Virus record (IMG/VR): IMGVR_UViG_3300025141_000025
Span: 1-64,000 of that record
Source: a virus
Strand: one strand, 5' to 3'
DNA: 64,000 nucleotides
Numbering within the stretch: position 1 is the first letter of the stretch; the number at the start of each line of letters is the position of its first letter. Of the stretch, positions 18,562 to 29,199 are shown piece after piece. The notes beneath the pieces are model-generated. The model had not been told where the DNA came from, did no database searches, and was given only the letters and a program-made list of their open reading frames with translations. Both the position numbers and the translations under genes were made by a program.

Positions 18562-20160
18562 TTATTTTAATAACCAATCAAATTCTTTAGAGTCCTCATC
18601 AGTTCTTCTAGAGGTGGAATAGGCATCAGCTGGCATTGGAACAAATGGATTCATTCCGTTATAGTGTTTGACTGGTTTGAGTTCTTTTTGATTTTTATTG
18701 TTTACAGCGAAACCGCCTAGCATCGCTTTCGAAACGTCTACCGATTTATATGTGTGCTGACCTTTTGCCTCGACTAACGAATTTCCAATTGCCAATGCCA
18801 TCACCAGGTCATCGTGAGAACCCTTTTTTGCCTGAGCCTTATTTCCCTTCCACACGAAAGTTTTAAGTTCTTCTATAAGTCTGCCAGATCTAACCCGTAG
18901 TGTTTTATTTCGAAGTCTTTCCTCTAGAAGTGTTAGTGTGGGACCTCTTGTAGCAGCGTTTGTATGAAAGCCTATTTTTCCAATAGAAGAGGCAGGGTCT
19001 GAACCATAGAGAATATTGAATTTATCCTTGGCAGATTTAAAATAAAGATTTTTATATCCTAACTCCACGAGCTTTAGAATAGTTGTGTATCCAAAAGTAT
19101 TATTTTCAGGACACAATAGCGCATCGTTAAATCTTTTTCCAGCTTCTGCCAGTAAAACCCCGAACTGGTCCGGCGGAATTCTACCACGAAATTCTGCTAC
19201 CTGCTCGCATGTGCTCTTATCAATTACTTGAAATGTGGAATAGTCACCACCATCTCCTCGGGCAACGTCGGCGGAAATTACATATTCATCTTCTTTTCCA
19301 GGATATTTCCACTGCCACACATTTCCATCTGGGCCCCATTTTTCGATAGGGGTTTCAACTTGCATTCGAAGCATTTCCACAATTTCACCTGCAACGAATG
19401 TGTCTCCTGATGCGGAAAAGTCACAAAGTAGCTCCTGCGCAACCTGCTTTTTTGTCATGTTTTTTGATTCATTTTCGAACCACTTATCATCACGTTCAGG
19501 ATGCACGTACCAGGGAAGCTCTATATAATTGAATTGATTTTTACCTTCTTTTGATTCCTCGGCTAGTTTATGATACCTTCCGCCGATACCGTTGGGCGTA
19601 CTGATTACAGCAGCACGGCCACCCGTTGACAATGTTGAATACAGGCCCATCCAAAGTTCATCAAAGTTTCTAATAAATGCTGCCTCATCAATAATCAGCA
19701 TAGAAAGTGCTTCTGAACGTCCTGCATCTTCTGATGTTGGAATTGCCTTTATCTGTGACCCGTTGCTAAAAGAAACGTGCTGCTTTGTCCGTTCAGTAAT
19801 TTTTGGCATTACCAACCACTTTGGTAACGCATCGAGCGCAACCTTTACCTTTCGAATAAAGTTTTGAGCAACTGCCAGTTTCGTAGCAATAACAAGAATA
19901 TTTTTGTCGCGATAAAAAATTGCCAACCACACGGCATATATTGCAGAAACTGTAGACAATCCAAGCTGTCGCGACTTTACAATAATATTAAATCTATGTT
20001 CCAGGTATGCCTTTATGCAATCGTCTTGGAATGGATAGGTGTCAAATTTTATTGTTCCGCGTTGAGGATGCTGGATCTTTGCGTACCTGTTAATAAAATA
20101 AACAGGATCCTTACCGCACTTGACAATTTCTTTTGCCTGTGATGTGGATGGTCCCGACAT
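18562..20160 (-). CDS. terL: Terminase large subunit, T4 gp17-like
   Basis: YPFQ adenine-binding motif, KSRQLGLST Walker A, LIIDEAAF Walker B, ISTPNG coupling motif, nuclease ADVARGDGGDYS and HDDLVMALA. Confidence 0.96.
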   Translation of the reverse strand: MSGPSTSQAKEIVKCGKDPVYFINRYAKIQHPQRGTIKFDTYPFQDDCIKAYLEHRFNIIVKSRQLGLSTVSAIYAVWLAIFYRDKNILVIATKLAVAQNFIRKVKVALDALPKWLVMPKITERTKQHVSFSNGSQIKAIPTSEDAGRSEALSMLIIDEAAFIRNFDELWMGLYSTLSTGGRAAVISTPNGIGGRYHKLAEESKEGKNQFNYIELPWYVHPERDDKWFENESKNMTKKQVAQELLCDFSASGDTFVAGEIVEMLRMQVETPIEKWGPDGNVWQWKYPGKEDEYVISADVARGDGGDYSTFQVIDKSTCEQVAEFRGRIPPDQFGVLLAEAGKRFNDALLCPENNTFGYTTILKLVELGYKNLYFKSAKDKFNILYGSDPASSIGKIGFHTNAATRGPTLTLLEERLRNKTLRVRSGRLIEELKTFVWKGNKAQAKKGSHDDLVMALAIGNSLVEAKGQHTYKSVDVSKAMLGGFAVNNKNQKELKPVKHYNGMNPFVPMPADAYSTSRRTDEDSKEFDWLLK

Positions 20161-20165
20161 GACTA

Positions 20166-20540
20166 CTAGCCTATCGTAAGCGTGTGATTCATTCTGTAGT
20201 AGGCAACTTTTCTAGGGCTGTTGGCCGTTGACTGTATCAATTCTACATCATCACTTGCTTTACCGGGTGTCGTTTTTAGTGTGGAGCCCGCAATATCTTT
20301 AAAGTCTTTTTTAATGTTTGCAAGGTAATCATCCAACCTAGACTGTGCCTCTTCGCTACACATAACAACTTGGTCTCGTAAACCGTGCTCAGAAGCAAAG
20401 TGAACAATTGTCGCATATTTTAGCGTCATCGTATCACCGGCCAAATCACACTTTATGGAATAGTCACCTGACGGTGATGATGCCTTGCCATATGTCGTAT
20501 TGATTAAGTTTCCTAATACATTTACTTCATCAAATGTCAT
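20166..20540 (-). CDS. Hypothetical protein (likely start MTFDEV at 20540)
   Basis: GAGG SD. Fills the operon between the zinc-finger gene and terL. Confidence 0.65.
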   Translation of the reverse strand: MTFDEVNVLGNLINTTYGKASSPSGDYSIKCDLAGDTMTLKYATIVHFASEHGLRDQVVMCSEEAQSRLDDYLANIKKDFKDIAGSTLKTTPGKASDDVELIQSTANSPRKVAYYRMNHTLTIG

Positions 20541-20785
20541 TTTATTTCCTCTTTGTTTGGTCGCCATCCCATTTGCCATTTATCAGCATTCGGATAGTAG
20601 TAAGTATCTACACATTCAGTGCATGCACCTTTATCAAAGTAGCTTGCCATGTCTTTATCATCTCTAAGGACAAAACCACAAACTGCGCATTCACATGCAT
20701 TAGCAGTGCTGTCAACAATTAGCCTGTAGCTGCCCTTAAAGGAAGGTAACTTGTGAGTCATGACCCTTACTCGTTGATATTTCAA
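20537..20785 (-). CDS. Small zinc-ribbon protein
   Basis: CAVC...CTEC cysteine pairs. Overlaps both neighbours in operon fashion. Confidence 0.6.
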   Translation of the reverse strand: MKYQRVRVMTHKLPSFKGSYRLIVDSTANACECAVCGFVLRDDKDMASYFDKGACTECVDTYYYPNADKWQMGWRPNKEEIK

Positions 20786-23700
20786 TTACGTTATCCACAA
20801 CATCCTTGACCGTGTCCACATGTGATATTATTATTATTGATTTAAAAGTTTTTGTTAAGCTTCTTAGAAGTGCCGTGCATGCTTCAATATTTGATGCATC
20901 CAATGCGCCGAAACCCTCATCTATAATAAGCATGTCAGATTTTGGTAAATTTGAAATTCTATTCATTGCAGTTCTAATTGCCAATGATGACATCATTTTT
21001 TCCATACCAGAACAACACTCTATGACCCTTTTAGAATCACCATAATCTAACATAATATCCATTCCCTTATTGTCGGATACCAATTCAACAGTAAACCCGG
21101 TCACACCGGTAAGAATGTTTGCAATTTCCCTATTGATTATTGGTAATTTTCTTTTGACTATCTGCAAGGGAATACCATCACGACCGAGAGACTTGTACAA
21201 TAAATTCAAAACCTGAACATGTACATTGTTTTCTTCATACGCGATCTTGTCATTTTTAATTTGCTCTATTTCAGCACCTAAAAGACCAATTTTTTCAGAT
21301 AAAAATTGTATTTTTGTTTTTGCTTGCTCACGTTTTTCTTCAGCGATTTTTTTCTTTTTTACTAGCAATGTTCGCTGTTTAGCAGTTTCAGTATCACAGA
21401 GGTTCAACTTCATCTTATCCAACATCAAAGACTGCTTTCGAAGATCCCTCTCTGCGGTACTAATCTTGGTATCTAAACGAAGCATATTAATATCACATTT
21501 TGATGTCTCCTGATTCAGGTGTAATATTTTTTCGTCTATCTCTCTTTTTTCTTTTAGTTTTTCATCGACATTTTCTGCTAAAAGCTTTTTTAAAGAAGAA
21601 CGTAATGACGATGCGTATTTTCTAACCTTAGATAAGTCACCCTTTTTTTCAAGAATTGATTTTTCAGCCTTTTTAGCGCTGATTATATACTTGCATGTCG
21701 GAAATTTGTCACCGCAGGGGACATCAGATAATTTTTTAACTGCCTGCTTATCTGATCGTAACTTTGAGGTTTTTGTTTCAATCTCTCCTTTCACAACCAA
21801 AAGCGTTCGTTCAGTCTCTGAAATTTGTTCTCTTGTATCACGTAATAAATCATAATCAATATCTTGAATGTTGGCTTGAATCTCTTTTAGTTTCTCGTCA
21901 AGCGCTTCTTTTAGAATTATTTGTTCATCTTTTTCACAGTGAAATTCCTGTATCGAATTTTTCAGATTTTCTACAACCATTTCCTTGTCATTAACTTCCA
22001 ACTCAGTATATTGCTCTTCGCCAGGATGAGCTGCCAATGATGAACTTAAAGATGATAAGATTTCCGATATCTTTTCTAAAGCCTCAGTTTCCGCTTGTCT
22101 TTCGTGTTTTCTGGCTTTCATTTTTGACACCCTATCGACTATTTGGGCATCAAACTCCTTTTCGGGTATTTTTCTTAATGCCGATTTTGCAACAGCCAAT
22201 TCTGTTTTGACATGCTCCTGCAGGGTGTCTAAAATATCAAGCCTAAGAAATTTTGCCAAAATAGCCTTTCTTGTGGCACTACCCTGTTTTACAAATCTAT
22301 TAATATCGCCCTGTGATGCCAACGATGTCAAAAGAAAATCATCCAAAGTTCCAATATATTCTCGCAGCAACTTATCAGTTTCTCTTCTCTGCTCATCTGA
22401 TAGGTCTTTTAGCGGTGTGCCTGTATCATCACATGAAAATAAATTTAAATGAGTTGTTGCACTTACCTGGCCTTTTCTGCTAGTTCGCTTGACTGTCTGC
22501 CTCTCAATCAAAAAATTATTTCCTTTCTTGGAAATAATTGCCCTTACTTTACAAAAGTTTTTTCTTGCATTTACCACATGCAAACTCTTCATAGGACCTC
22601 TATCAGTTCCATTAAAAAGAGCGTATGTCAAAGCACCGCATATTGAAGATTTACCACTTCGATTTTTTCCAAAAATTCCTGTAATTCCGGTCGCAGAATC
22701 AAAATTTACGATATTATTTTCTCCATATCCAAAAATATTATCAAATTCAATTTTTCTTACCGACCAGCGTCCTGAAGATACGTTGTCCTGGATTTTTGCA
22801 TTATTCCAAGCTGTTGCCAGCGATTGTTTCATAATGCTTCTGGTTCTATCTGATAAATTTGTTTTTGAATAATAATCTTCCACTAGGCCTAAAACAGTGT
22901 CATAGCTATCCAAAGTCTCTGACTCATCTAACATTTCCTCAGAAAGTTTGTTTTGAGACTCTTCACTTTCAGACTTAAAGACAATCTCTTCAGGATCAGC
23001 AACACCTTTTATCGCCGCCCTAATTTGAGAACGTTCTGCCTGAGTCACATTATCATGAACCCTAATCCTGAAACGTGATCGTTCCGGGTGCTCTTCTGCC
23101 AAAGTTTGTAATTCGTCTAAATTGTTTTCATAAGCTAACGTTACAAATGGAGAATCATGATATACACCGACATGCTTTACATCAAAATCTAAATTGTCAA
23201 TTTCCCAAAACAAAAAACCCTTTCCTGCTTTTTCACCATAATTTTGCTGAATTGTTGAACCACAATAGGCAATTCGGTCAGACAGAAATTGTTGTTTGTG
23301 AATATCACCCAGCATGACATAATCGAATCCGTCAAAAAATGAAATGTTAGTAGAGCTTTCTAAGCACCAGTTATCATCAGTTTGGGAACCGTGGACAGGC
23401 CCATGGAAAGTTGCGATGTTAATTTTATCGTCTTCAGGTGAAATATTTTTCCAATTAGTTTCATCAAAACAACTAAACACACACAAATTGTGCTTTTCAT
23501 CTATCTGATAGACACCTGACTTTTTATATAGTTTGATTCTATCATCGCCAATTGCGTTAATGATTGGTGAAATTGCGTCTTCCCTGTCGGGATTCAACAC
23601 AAGACCATCATGATTTCCCAACGTCACATGTACATCACAAATGTCGGCCATCGATCTGAACCACCCCGTTAGGTTACTAATCAGTTCAGGTGATATTCCC

Positions 23701-23855
23701 TGCGTTTTTGAATGAACAATGTCACCCGCAATCAAAATAGCGTCAGGTTTTAATTTTTCTAAACTAGAAAAAGCATCTTGAAAACTTTTTCTATATTCTT
23801 CGTGCCTTGTAAGGCTTCGCCAGTGTACATCACCGAAGTGAGCGATTTTTATCAT
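20736..23855 (-). CDS. Fused SbcD-SbcC (Mre11-Rad50, T4 gp47-gp46-like) recombination nuclease/ATPase
   Basis: N-terminal metallophosphoesterase motifs (GDVH, AGD, GNHD, GDIH). Then Walker A GKNRSGKS, Q-loop ASQG, long coiled coil, signature CSGME, Walker B LIIDEGFGALD, H-loop IISH. Confidence 0.93.
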   Translation of the reverse strand: MIKIAHFGDVHWRSLTRHEEYRKSFQDAFSSLEKLKPDAILIAGDIVHSKTQGISPELISNLTGWFRSMADICDVHVTLGNHDGLVLNPDREDAISPIINAIGDDRIKLYKKSGVYQIDEKHNLCVFSCFDETNWKNISPEDDKINIATFHGPVHGSQTDDNWCLESSTNISFFDGFDYVMLGDIHKQQFLSDRIAYCGSTIQQNYGEKAGKGFLFWEIDNLDFDVKHVGVYHDSPFVTLAYENNLDELQTLAEEHPERSRFRIRVHDNVTQAERSQIRAAIKGVADPEEIVFKSESEESQNKLSEEMLDESETLDSYDTVLGLVEDYYSKTNLSDRTRSIMKQSLATAWNNAKIQDNVSSGRWSVRKIEFDNIFGYGENNIVNFDSATGITGIFGKNRSGKSSICGALTYALFNGTDRGPMKSLHVVNARKNFCKVRAIISKKGNNFLIERQTVKRTSRKGQVSATTHLNLFSCDDTGTPLKDLSDEQRRETDKLLREYIGTLDDFLLTSLASQGDINRFVKQGSATRKAILAKFLRLDILDTLQEHVKTELAVAKSALRKIPEKEFDAQIVDRVSKMKARKHERQAETEALEKISEILSSLSSSLAAHPGEEQYTELEVNDKEMVVENLKNSIQEFHCEKDEQIILKEALDEKLKEIQANIQDIDYDLLRDTREQISETERTLLVVKGEIETKTSKLRSDKQAVKKLSDVPCGDKFPTCKYIISAKKAEKSILEKKGDLSKVRKYASSLRSSLKKLLAENVDEKLKEKREIDEKILHLNQETSKCDINMLRLDTKISTAERDLRKQSLMLDKMKLNLCDTETAKQRTLLVKKKKIAEEKREQAKTKIQFLSEKIGLLGAEIEQIKNDKIAYEENNVHVQVLNLLYKSLGRDGIPLQIVKRKLPIINREIANILTGVTGFTVELVSDNKGMDIMLDYGDSKRVIECCSGMEKMMSSLAIRTAMNRISNLPKSDMLIIDEGFGALDASNIEACTALLRSLTKTFKSIIIISHVDTVKDVVDNVIEISTSKGHDSQVTFL

Positions 23856-24802
23856 AATATAGATCCACTCTTAATTCCCAAAATTTTTTGAGAAATTAAT
23901 AATTCTTGTGTCCAGGGGATGATATTTTGCAATAAATCCTTTACCTCCTGTTTTGTTCGACTACCGAGATCATTACCTGTCACGCTAATCCTAAACACCT
24001 TACATCCCGCCGAATTTAATAACTTACAGACACGATGAGATTTATCAGCAGCGTCCTCATCAAATGCAACGATAACTGTTGATTGGTTTTTTGATAATTT
24101 TTGAAAAAGAGCAGACTTCTTTGACAATGTAGACCCAAGTGCCACCACAGCATTATCTGGGCATTTTATGGCATCAAAGACACCTTCAACCAAAACAATC
24201 GGATCTTGCCAATTTATATCAATTTCATTAAATATAATCTCTTTTTTCGGAACTTTGGCATTCGTGTATTTGAATTTTGTTTCATCAATACTACGAGAGG
24301 TGTAATAATTTAGTTTGCCTGTTGTATCAAAAGATGGAAAAATGACTTTTCTTCTAAATTTAAAATCATTTGAAACACAAATTCTCCACCGGTACATGTC
24401 GGCTCTGCTCACGCCTCGAGCACGTAAATATTTTTCAACATCGCGGGCGTCGGGATCGTATAGCATGCTTTGTAGCAGCTTAATATCTGGCGGTAATTCT
24501 ACAGGCTTCTTTTCTTCTTGTATGGGTTCTAAATTTTGATTCGTCGGAAATAACTCAACGCATTGACTAGCATACGAACTGGCATATTTTCGAAAAAGAT
24601 AATTTATATTTTTTCCTGATATGTTACAGACCCAACAATTATACCACCCAGTGTCTAATTGCACGTATAATTTCTTTTTTTCTCTACGTGAATCTTTACA
24701 AACCGGACATCTCAGGTGTAAATTTTCCTCACCTGGTTCCAGGTTTCCTGTACCAAACGCCGCCTGTAAAAGCTTAATTTTTCGAGACTTCTGTAGATTC
24801 AC
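23852..24802 (-). CDS. DNA primase (zinc-binding + TOPRIM; T4 gp61-like), GTG start
   Basis: CPVC...CWVC zinc finger, YLRARG, KYTNAK, TOPRIM VEGVFDA and FDED. Confidence 0.9.
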   Translation of the reverse strand: MNLQKSRKIKLLQAAFGTGNLEPGEENLHLRCPVCKDSRREKKKLYVQLDTGWYNCWVCNISGKNINYLFRKYASSYASQCVELFPTNQNLEPIQEEKKPVELPPDIKLLQSMLYDPDARDVEKYLRARGVSRADMYRWRICVSNDFKFRRKVIFPSFDTTGKLNYYTSRSIDETKFKYTNAKVPKKEIIFNEIDINWQDPIVLVEGVFDAIKCPDNAVVALGSTLSKKSALFQKLSKNQSTVIVAFDEDAADKSHRVCKLLNSAGCKVFRISVTGNDLGSRTKQEVKDLLQNIIPWTQELLISQKILGIKSGSIL

Positions 24803-25392
24803 TATAAAATAGTAGTATCAATATCCTCAATTTTCAATTGAGTGCATCCCCACAGCGCCATTACGAACGCATCAGCAATGTCAAAACAGAATGGTTCATC
24901 TATTTTTTCACCTTTACGGGGTCCCGATTTTAATATTTTTGTAGGCCAATCAAATTCCAACATTTCAGGTCGTTGCTTTGTCCAGTGTAAAACCTGCTCT
25001 TTGGTGTTTAGATCTGATTTTTTATCAATAGATATACCCACAGCCTTTCTTACTGATATCACGTTTCCTAAACATACCGGCACATCAAATATTGAACGTG
25101 ATATAAAGCTCACTATTCCATTGAACCGATTCAGCGTTGAAATTGTTTTTGCAGATGACATCCTGCTTCGAAACGCCTGTAAACTTTCTTCAATTACAAT
25201 TAGATCTACTTTATGTTGCCGGCTAACATCATGAAGTACGTCCTGGATAACGCAGGACTTTGCATAAAGGCCTTTGACCTTCGACATGGGTACCGCTATG
25301 GCTAGCAAATTTCGAACGTCCTGTGGGCCTTTAGAATCCATCAGGCATATACCGACATTTGATGTAGAAACATCAAGTCCTAAAACTTTCAA
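24802..25392 (-). CDS. ruvC: RuvC-like Holliday junction resolvase
   Basis: VLGLDVST (D), LIVIEES (E) and DIADA (DxxD) RNase H-fold catalytic motifs. Confidence 0.85.
   Translation of the reverse strand: MKVLGLDVSTSNVGICLMDSKGPQDVRNLLAIAVPMSKVKGLYAKSCVIQDVLHDVSRQHKVDLIVIEESLQAFRSRMSSAKTISTLNRFNGIVSFISRSIFDVPVCLGNVISVRKAVGISIDKKSDLNTKEQVLHWTKQRPEMLEFDWPTKILKSGPRKGEKIDEPFCFDIADAFVMALWGCTQLKIEDIDTTIL
24809..24837 (-). promoter_or_regulatory. Sigma70-type promoter (TTGAAA-17 nt-TACTAT) 6 nt upstream of the primase GTG
   Basis: Near-consensus hexamers with exact 17-nt spacing, inside the 3' end of ruvC. No SD fits before the start codon. Confidence 0.65.
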
Positions 25393-27878
25393 TAATCCAT
25401 CCTTAAACGAATTGTATAACGATCATCATCTCTTTTTACAACAGGTTGTGATAAATTTGCGCGTCCAATAACGTTTAAATTTTCATCATGTAATTGCAAG
25501 CCAGTAAGATAGACAAATTCCTTTGCAGTTTCATTAGCATTATCAGTCGGCATCATTTTTTTGAAACTTGGATTTGATGAAGAATTAAAAAGCCCCTTTT
25601 CGGCGGTAACATTTATTTCTAACACATGAATATTTCTTTCACCTTCGAAAGAAAGCTCCCAGGCATCGGCACCGAACAAGGGTAAATTTGGAGATTTAAT
25701 AATGATTATGCCTTCTTCATACATAACATTACCAACTGATGCCCATGTTGCATGTTTTGACTCAGCATCGGCTCGGTATAGATTACCTAGTCCGTCATCT
25801 TTAAGTGTAACCTGTACCCTACCATTCGTGCCTGTTACTGCCAAATCCTTTAAAACCACAGATTGGGGCTTGATCTGGTCTCCGTAAAACATATTTGATA
25901 TGTCAAAAAAGACGACCTCATTAGAGCTAGGATCTTTTGTTCTTTGTAAAATTGTAAGAATATTACCACCAGAAACTGCAGGATCTTCAGGTTTTGCGCC
26001 AATAACTGGGGTCAACATACCATCAGAGCCAGATGTTAGCTCATCACCGACCTCACCAACCTTTAGAAGACTTGCCGTGCTAACAAGATTGTTCAGGTCA
26101 ATCCTAGAAAGATCCAATCCACCAAAGTCATTTTTAAATCTATCAAGATCGCTCCCACTCACGGCATTTGTTAGGCTTCCTGTTAGTAACATTTGGAAAT
26201 TTGGTAAAAATTTTCCATTATCGCAAGGCAAAACTGAAATGTTTCTTTTTCTATTTGAACCTGATTCGTAAATAAAATAATTCGCTGTTCTTGCGATGGA
26301 AGTTGTTTCATTCACGCGGGCTGCCTGTAGACCATACGGGCGTGGATAAAACCCTCTTACAAATTCACGTGTGAAATTTTGTAAATTTAACTCATGGCCG
26401 CCAACACCAAATGACATTGCGACGTTGAACGGGTCATCAGAGGAACCTGTCGCATAAAAAAATGGAGTTTGATTTACGTAACGAGTTGGTGAAATCTTCG
26501 TAAAAAATGGTGGAACATAAAATAAAAGACCAGCTTCAGCAGATGAACCTGACACATAGGGGTTTGAACCGGTTACATTTGATCTTTTGAAATATGGATC
26601 AAAACTAAATCCTTTAATTGATGATGTGTAAATTTGATCAATGTTTCTATATCGATCAAAAATTTTCAAATCGTGAACTTCGGCGTTTAATGGGTGAGCT
26701 AAGGTTACATCGCTAGGGTCGGTTGTAATATTTTCATTTAGAATTACAGTCCCATATTCGGCTGCCGCCGTCGGATTAAAAAACCCCATAATGGGGTCAT
26801 CATCCCTGTTACTTCCTTCATAAAAATTACCAATAAAAACCGCGTCAGCATCATTTAGTTCCGGCTCATTCGTTATGGGTGCCATCACAGATGCACTCGT
26901 AATAACAAATGTAGATGCCTGCTTGCCGTCAATTACAAATGATCCAGTTCCTTCCTGGACACTACGACCACCCCACCTAACAGCGATGTGGTGCCATGTG
27001 TTTCTTTTTAGCGAATTATCAGGTGAAACAAATAAAAATCCTGTGTCGGCAGTCGCATTAGGAGCAGTTACAGTGTCACCCGTTATCGCAACAGAACTAG
27101 GTGGGATTTCAGCACTTTGACTTAACTGCAAAAGAATGCGATATCCATCTATTTTTCCGTCCTTTGCAACTGAACTGCCTGTGACTAAACTAATTGCGTA
27201 TGACGATGACATATGAAAAACAGTGCCTGCCTTAAAATGATCACCTAATGTTTCAGAAGTATATCTTGGATTTATGTAAAAGTCAAAAGTAAAACTAGAA
27301 CTGGGTGCATAAAAAGCAACATCTTCAAGGGCAACTGTGCCTGTACCAGCAGGATAAATCAGCGCAGTACTTTCAGGTAAACTTGAACATGTAACAAAAT
27401 TTAGTGAATGATAATTCGTATAAGAATACTGCATACTTGGATATATGCTACGATACCAAGGAAAAAGCACGTCTTTTACGACGCGTTTTCTTTGAAAGTC
27501 AGGATTTAATTTAGCTCCTGGCTCAAATCTAATCACCTTTTGTGTTTTTGAAAACATAGAAGATGAAACAAGCGAATTAACACCTGACAAATATGTCTCT
27601 GCTGAATTTCCTCCGTACCCTGCATTTTGACTGATACGAAATGCAGCATAACCGCGATCTATTTCTATATTATCATCGTCTGCCGGAGCACCCCCAGGCA
27701 CAAGATTGATAATATCCTTCATTGTGGATGTGCCATCGGCAAAAAGTGGCAAAGAACCAGTAATTCCCGGTGGTGTGATATGAGGAATATTAGTTGACGC
27801 AGACGTTATTGTACGTCTAGGATTGGCTAATAAAGTATACCTTTCGATATTGTCTTGAGTAATTTTTATGATTGACAT
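25389..27878 (-). CDS. Baseplate/tail structural protein with LamG (concanavalin-like) domain
   Basis: FTFDFYINP...WHHIAVRW...FVIDGK...DLKIFDR LamG pattern. C-terminal GLQLHDENLNVIGRANLSQPVVK tail-collar-like motif. Confidence 0.7.
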   Translation of the reverse strand: MSIIKITQDNIERYTLLANPRRTITSASTNIPHITPPGITGSLPLFADGTSTMKDIINLVPGGAPADDDNIEIDRGYAAFRISQNAGYGGNSAETYLSGVNSLVSSSMFSKTQKVIRFEPGAKLNPDFQRKRVVKDVLFPWYRSIYPSMQYSYTNYHSLNFVTCSSLPESTALIYPAGTGTVALEDVAFYAPSSSFTFDFYINPRYTSETLGDHFKAGTVFHMSSSYAISLVTGSSVAKDGKIDGYRILLQLSQSAEIPPSSVAITGDTVTAPNATADTGFLFVSPDNSLKRNTWHHIAVRWGGRSVQEGTGSFVIDGKQASTFVITSASVMAPITNEPELNDADAVFIGNFYEGSNRDDDPIMGFFNPTAAAEYGTVILNENITTDPSDVTLAHPLNAEVHDLKIFDRYRNIDQIYTSSIKGFSFDPYFKRSNVTGSNPYVSGSSAEAGLLFYVPPFFTKISPTRYVNQTPFFYATGSSDDPFNVAMSFGVGGHELNLQNFTREFVRGFYPRPYGLQAARVNETTSIARTANYFIYESGSNRKRNISVLPCDNGKFLPNFQMLLTGSLTNAVSGSDLDRFKNDFGGLDLSRIDLNNLVSTASLLKVGEVGDELTSGSDGMLTPVIGAKPEDPAVSGGNILTILQRTKDPSSNEVVFFDISNMFYGDQIKPQSVVLKDLAVTGTNGRVQVTLKDDGLGNLYRADAESKHATWASVGNVMYEEGIIIIKSPNLPLFGADAWELSFEGERNIHVLEINVTAEKGLFNSSSNPSFKKMMPTDNANETAKEFVYLTGLQLHDENLNVIGRANLSQPVVKRDDDRYTIRLRMDY

Positions 27879-27906
27879 AAGTCCTCACGCTTTTTCCTCA
27901 AGGCTG

Positions 27907-29184
27907 TTAGAAGTCCAATCGAATTCGAAATGTGATGTCCCTCTCGTCACTTTTTTCAATTGGCCTCGAAACCTTCGCGACCGCCAATAAATTTCCAAAC
28001 TCATCATGAAGCCCCACAGTGGTGGGCATTGTGAATGTTCGCTGCACATCTTCCTGGCCGGAATCAACCACCTGGATCCTTCCATTCGTATCGACGAATG
28101 TTGGATTTGTGGAATAGTTGAATTCATCAGCTGTTGCACGACAAAAAACCAGAGTAGAATTGATATTTGTATTATTTTGAAATGTAGCTGCTGTCAATGT
28201 TCCTGATTGGAACCTTGTTGTGGCAACGTGATCAACAATGTCATCAATCGACCCGGAAACCAGAAAGTCAGGTATCAACTTGGCATTTGGATTTCCAACG
28301 GATGAACCCATAATTGTTTTTCCGGCTGCTACCGTGGCACCTGCGATGGTTCCACCGGCAAACATTGCATCGATTGTCCCTGACATCATTTGAGATCCTG
28401 AAAATACCTTCGCCATATCGAGAACGACCATTCCAGCATCATAAAAAATTAATCCAACAGATTCTGTCGTATCATTTGCATTTCTAATATTACCGACAGC
28501 ACCTCCAAATGTCCTTGTTTGACTAGTAGACGCGCCGATATCAGTAAAAATAGTTGATCCGGATATTGATGTTGATGACAAGTTTGGCTGTCCTGAGGTT
28601 GATAGAGCGCCATCCTCATCTTTTTTCGCAGAAGATCCGCTACGATACATTCTTACTGCGAATGTTTCACGTTTGAATCCGTCACGAGTGAACAGGCGCT
28701 TAAAAGACATGAAAAGGGCATCATCAATTCTATTTGTGGATGTAGCAGTTGGATCTGCAACAATTTGAAACGGAGCATAAAAAGCTTGATCTACATCACC
28801 AATAAGGGTTCCTGCATATTGCTTATAAATGTCAACTTTTTCTCGCATCATAAGTGATTGTGAAGGAAAAAGTTGCTTACCAGCGCTATCGTCATTGATG
28901 TGAGCATCCATGGTCGTACTGCCACTATACCACAACCCAACTGTCATGTCCACTATTGGGTTTGCCGTTTGCAGCGTGAAATCTTGATCGTAAACTGTTT
29001 GAAAAAGAGAAGATGTTACACCTGGTCCGATTCCTCCAGTAACAAAAACTTGATATGCCCGACGTGTTGAAGAACCTGACACATCCTCCTGCACAACATC
29101 AACCAATTGATTGAGAACTGATTTTGAAACCTTTATGTCTTCAGGTGAAATTCTTTTAAAACTACCGCCAACTACTCTTGCCAT
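27907..29184 (-). CDS. Baseplate/tail structural protein, C-terminally paralogous to 25389..27878
   Basis: FNYSTNPTF...TTVGLHDEFGNLLAVAKVSRPIEK...FRIRLDF versus FNSSSNPSF...LTGLQLHDENLNVIGRANLSQPVVK...IRLRMDY. Confidence 0.7.
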   Translation of the reverse strand: MARVVGGSFKRISPEDIKVSKSVLNQLVDVVQEDVSGSSTRRAYQVFVTGGIGPGVTSSLFQTVYDQDFTLQTANPIVDMTVGLWYSGSTTMDAHINDDSAGKQLFPSQSLMMREKVDIYKQYAGTLIGDVDQAFYAPFQIVADPTATSTNRIDDALFMSFKRLFTRDGFKRETFAVRMYRSGSSAKKDEDGALSTSGQPNLSSTSISGSTIFTDIGASTSQTRTFGGAVGNIRNANDTTESVGLIFYDAGMVVLDMAKVFSGSQMMSGTIDAMFAGGTIAGATVAAGKTIMGSSVGNPNAKLIPDFLVSGSIDDIVDHVATTRFQSGTLTAATFQNNTNINSTLVFCRATADEFNYSTNPTFVDTNGRIQVVDSGQEDVQRTFTMPTTVGLHDEFGNLLAVAKVSRPIEKSDERDITFRIRLDF

Positions 29185-29199
29185 TTTTTATTCTACCTC

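Noticed and set aside
18562-20160. Intein or intron in terminase, portal or capsid genes
   Set aside because: TerL is a normal 532 aa with contiguous motifs. No intein terminal motifs or homing endonuclease ORFs were noticed. The extra length of capsid and portal is not intein-like.
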